Assembly: GCA_046726415.1 (NCBI GenBank)
Contig: JBKPAK010000333.1
Coordinates: 1 to 24,011 of the forward strand
DNA from: Candidatus Methylomirabilota bacterium
GTDB lineage: Bacteria; Methylomirabilota; Methylomirabilia; Rokubacteriales; CSP1-6
Direction of reading: 5' to 3'
DNA length: 24,011 nucleotides
Part shown: one piece after another, positions 23,817-24,011 of the stretch
Numbering within the stretch: the first letter of the stretch is position 1
Layout of the letters: every line of letters starts with the position of its first letter
Notes under the pieces: model-generated
Databases searched by the model: none
What the model was told of the DNA's origin: nothing
What the model saw: the letters and a program-made list of their open reading frames with translations, nothing else
Translations under genes and position numbers: made by a program

Positions 23817-24011
23817 ATGTCGTACGACCTCGTGACCCGCGGCGGCACCGCGGTGGATGGCTCCGGGCTCCCGCGCTACCGCGCCGACGTGGGCATCCGT
23901 GGCGATCGCATCGCGCGCATCGGCACCATCCACGCGCGCGGACGCGAGGAGGTCGACGCGCGCCATCGGGTCGTCGCGCCGGGCTTCATCGACGGCCACA
24001 CCCACATGGAT
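23817..24011 (+). CDS. N-acyl-D-amino-acid deacylase-like amidohydrolase, 5' part; continues beyond the right edge
   Basis: Not in the ORF track. ATG 23817 after GGGAGG gives MSYDLVTRGGTAVDGSGLPRYRADVGIRGDRIARIG...VVAPGFIDGHTHMD. Confidence 0.88.
   Translation, partial: MSYDLVTRGGTAVDGSGLPRYRADVGIRGDRIARIGTIHARGREEVDARHRVVAPGFIDGHTHMD

Noticed and set aside
1..24011. CRISPR array, tRNA/rRNA, transposase or integrase
   Set aside because: I saw no regularly spaced short repeats, RNA gene signatures or recombinase motifs by eye. A covariance-model scan was not possible.

Overview
GC-rich bacterial DNA in three blocks. (1) 1-10.8 kb: a sterol biosynthesis and modification cluster with CYP51 (cut by the window edge and missing from the ORF track), SdmB-like and SdmA-like C-4 demethylation genes, a Delta14 (ERG24-type) reductase and squalene epoxidase. 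It also holds an intact three-gene module: a fungal ERG4-type Delta24(28) reductase, a sterol C24-methyltransferase (ERG6/SMT) and a Neverland/DAF-36-like Rieske sterol desaturase. Broken pieces of further sterol genes lie between these: a Delta7-reductase, an ERG2 C-8 isomerase, a second partial sdmA and possibly the tail of an oxidosqualene cyclase. The two sdmA copies form a ~580-bp direct repeat flanking the module. The main signal is a bacterial locus apparently able to make or remodel C24-alkylated (ergostane-type) sterols. (2) 11-21.4 kb: a Tat-exported beta-lactamase-fold serine hydrolase, a frameshifted secreted protein, a YdiK/AI-2E transporter and two paralogous zinc-ribbon/class III cyclase/STAND-ATPase/TPR genes that share a conserved 60-bp leader. 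(3) 21.6-24 kb: a catabolic operon (crotonase, amidohydrolase, luciferase-like monooxygenase, N-acyl-D-amino-acid deacylase) with several internal deletions. Recurrent 1-base losses, mostly in short G/C runs, suggest long-read consensus error, so pseudogene calls need read-level checks. All family assignments come from motif recognition by eye; no searches were run.
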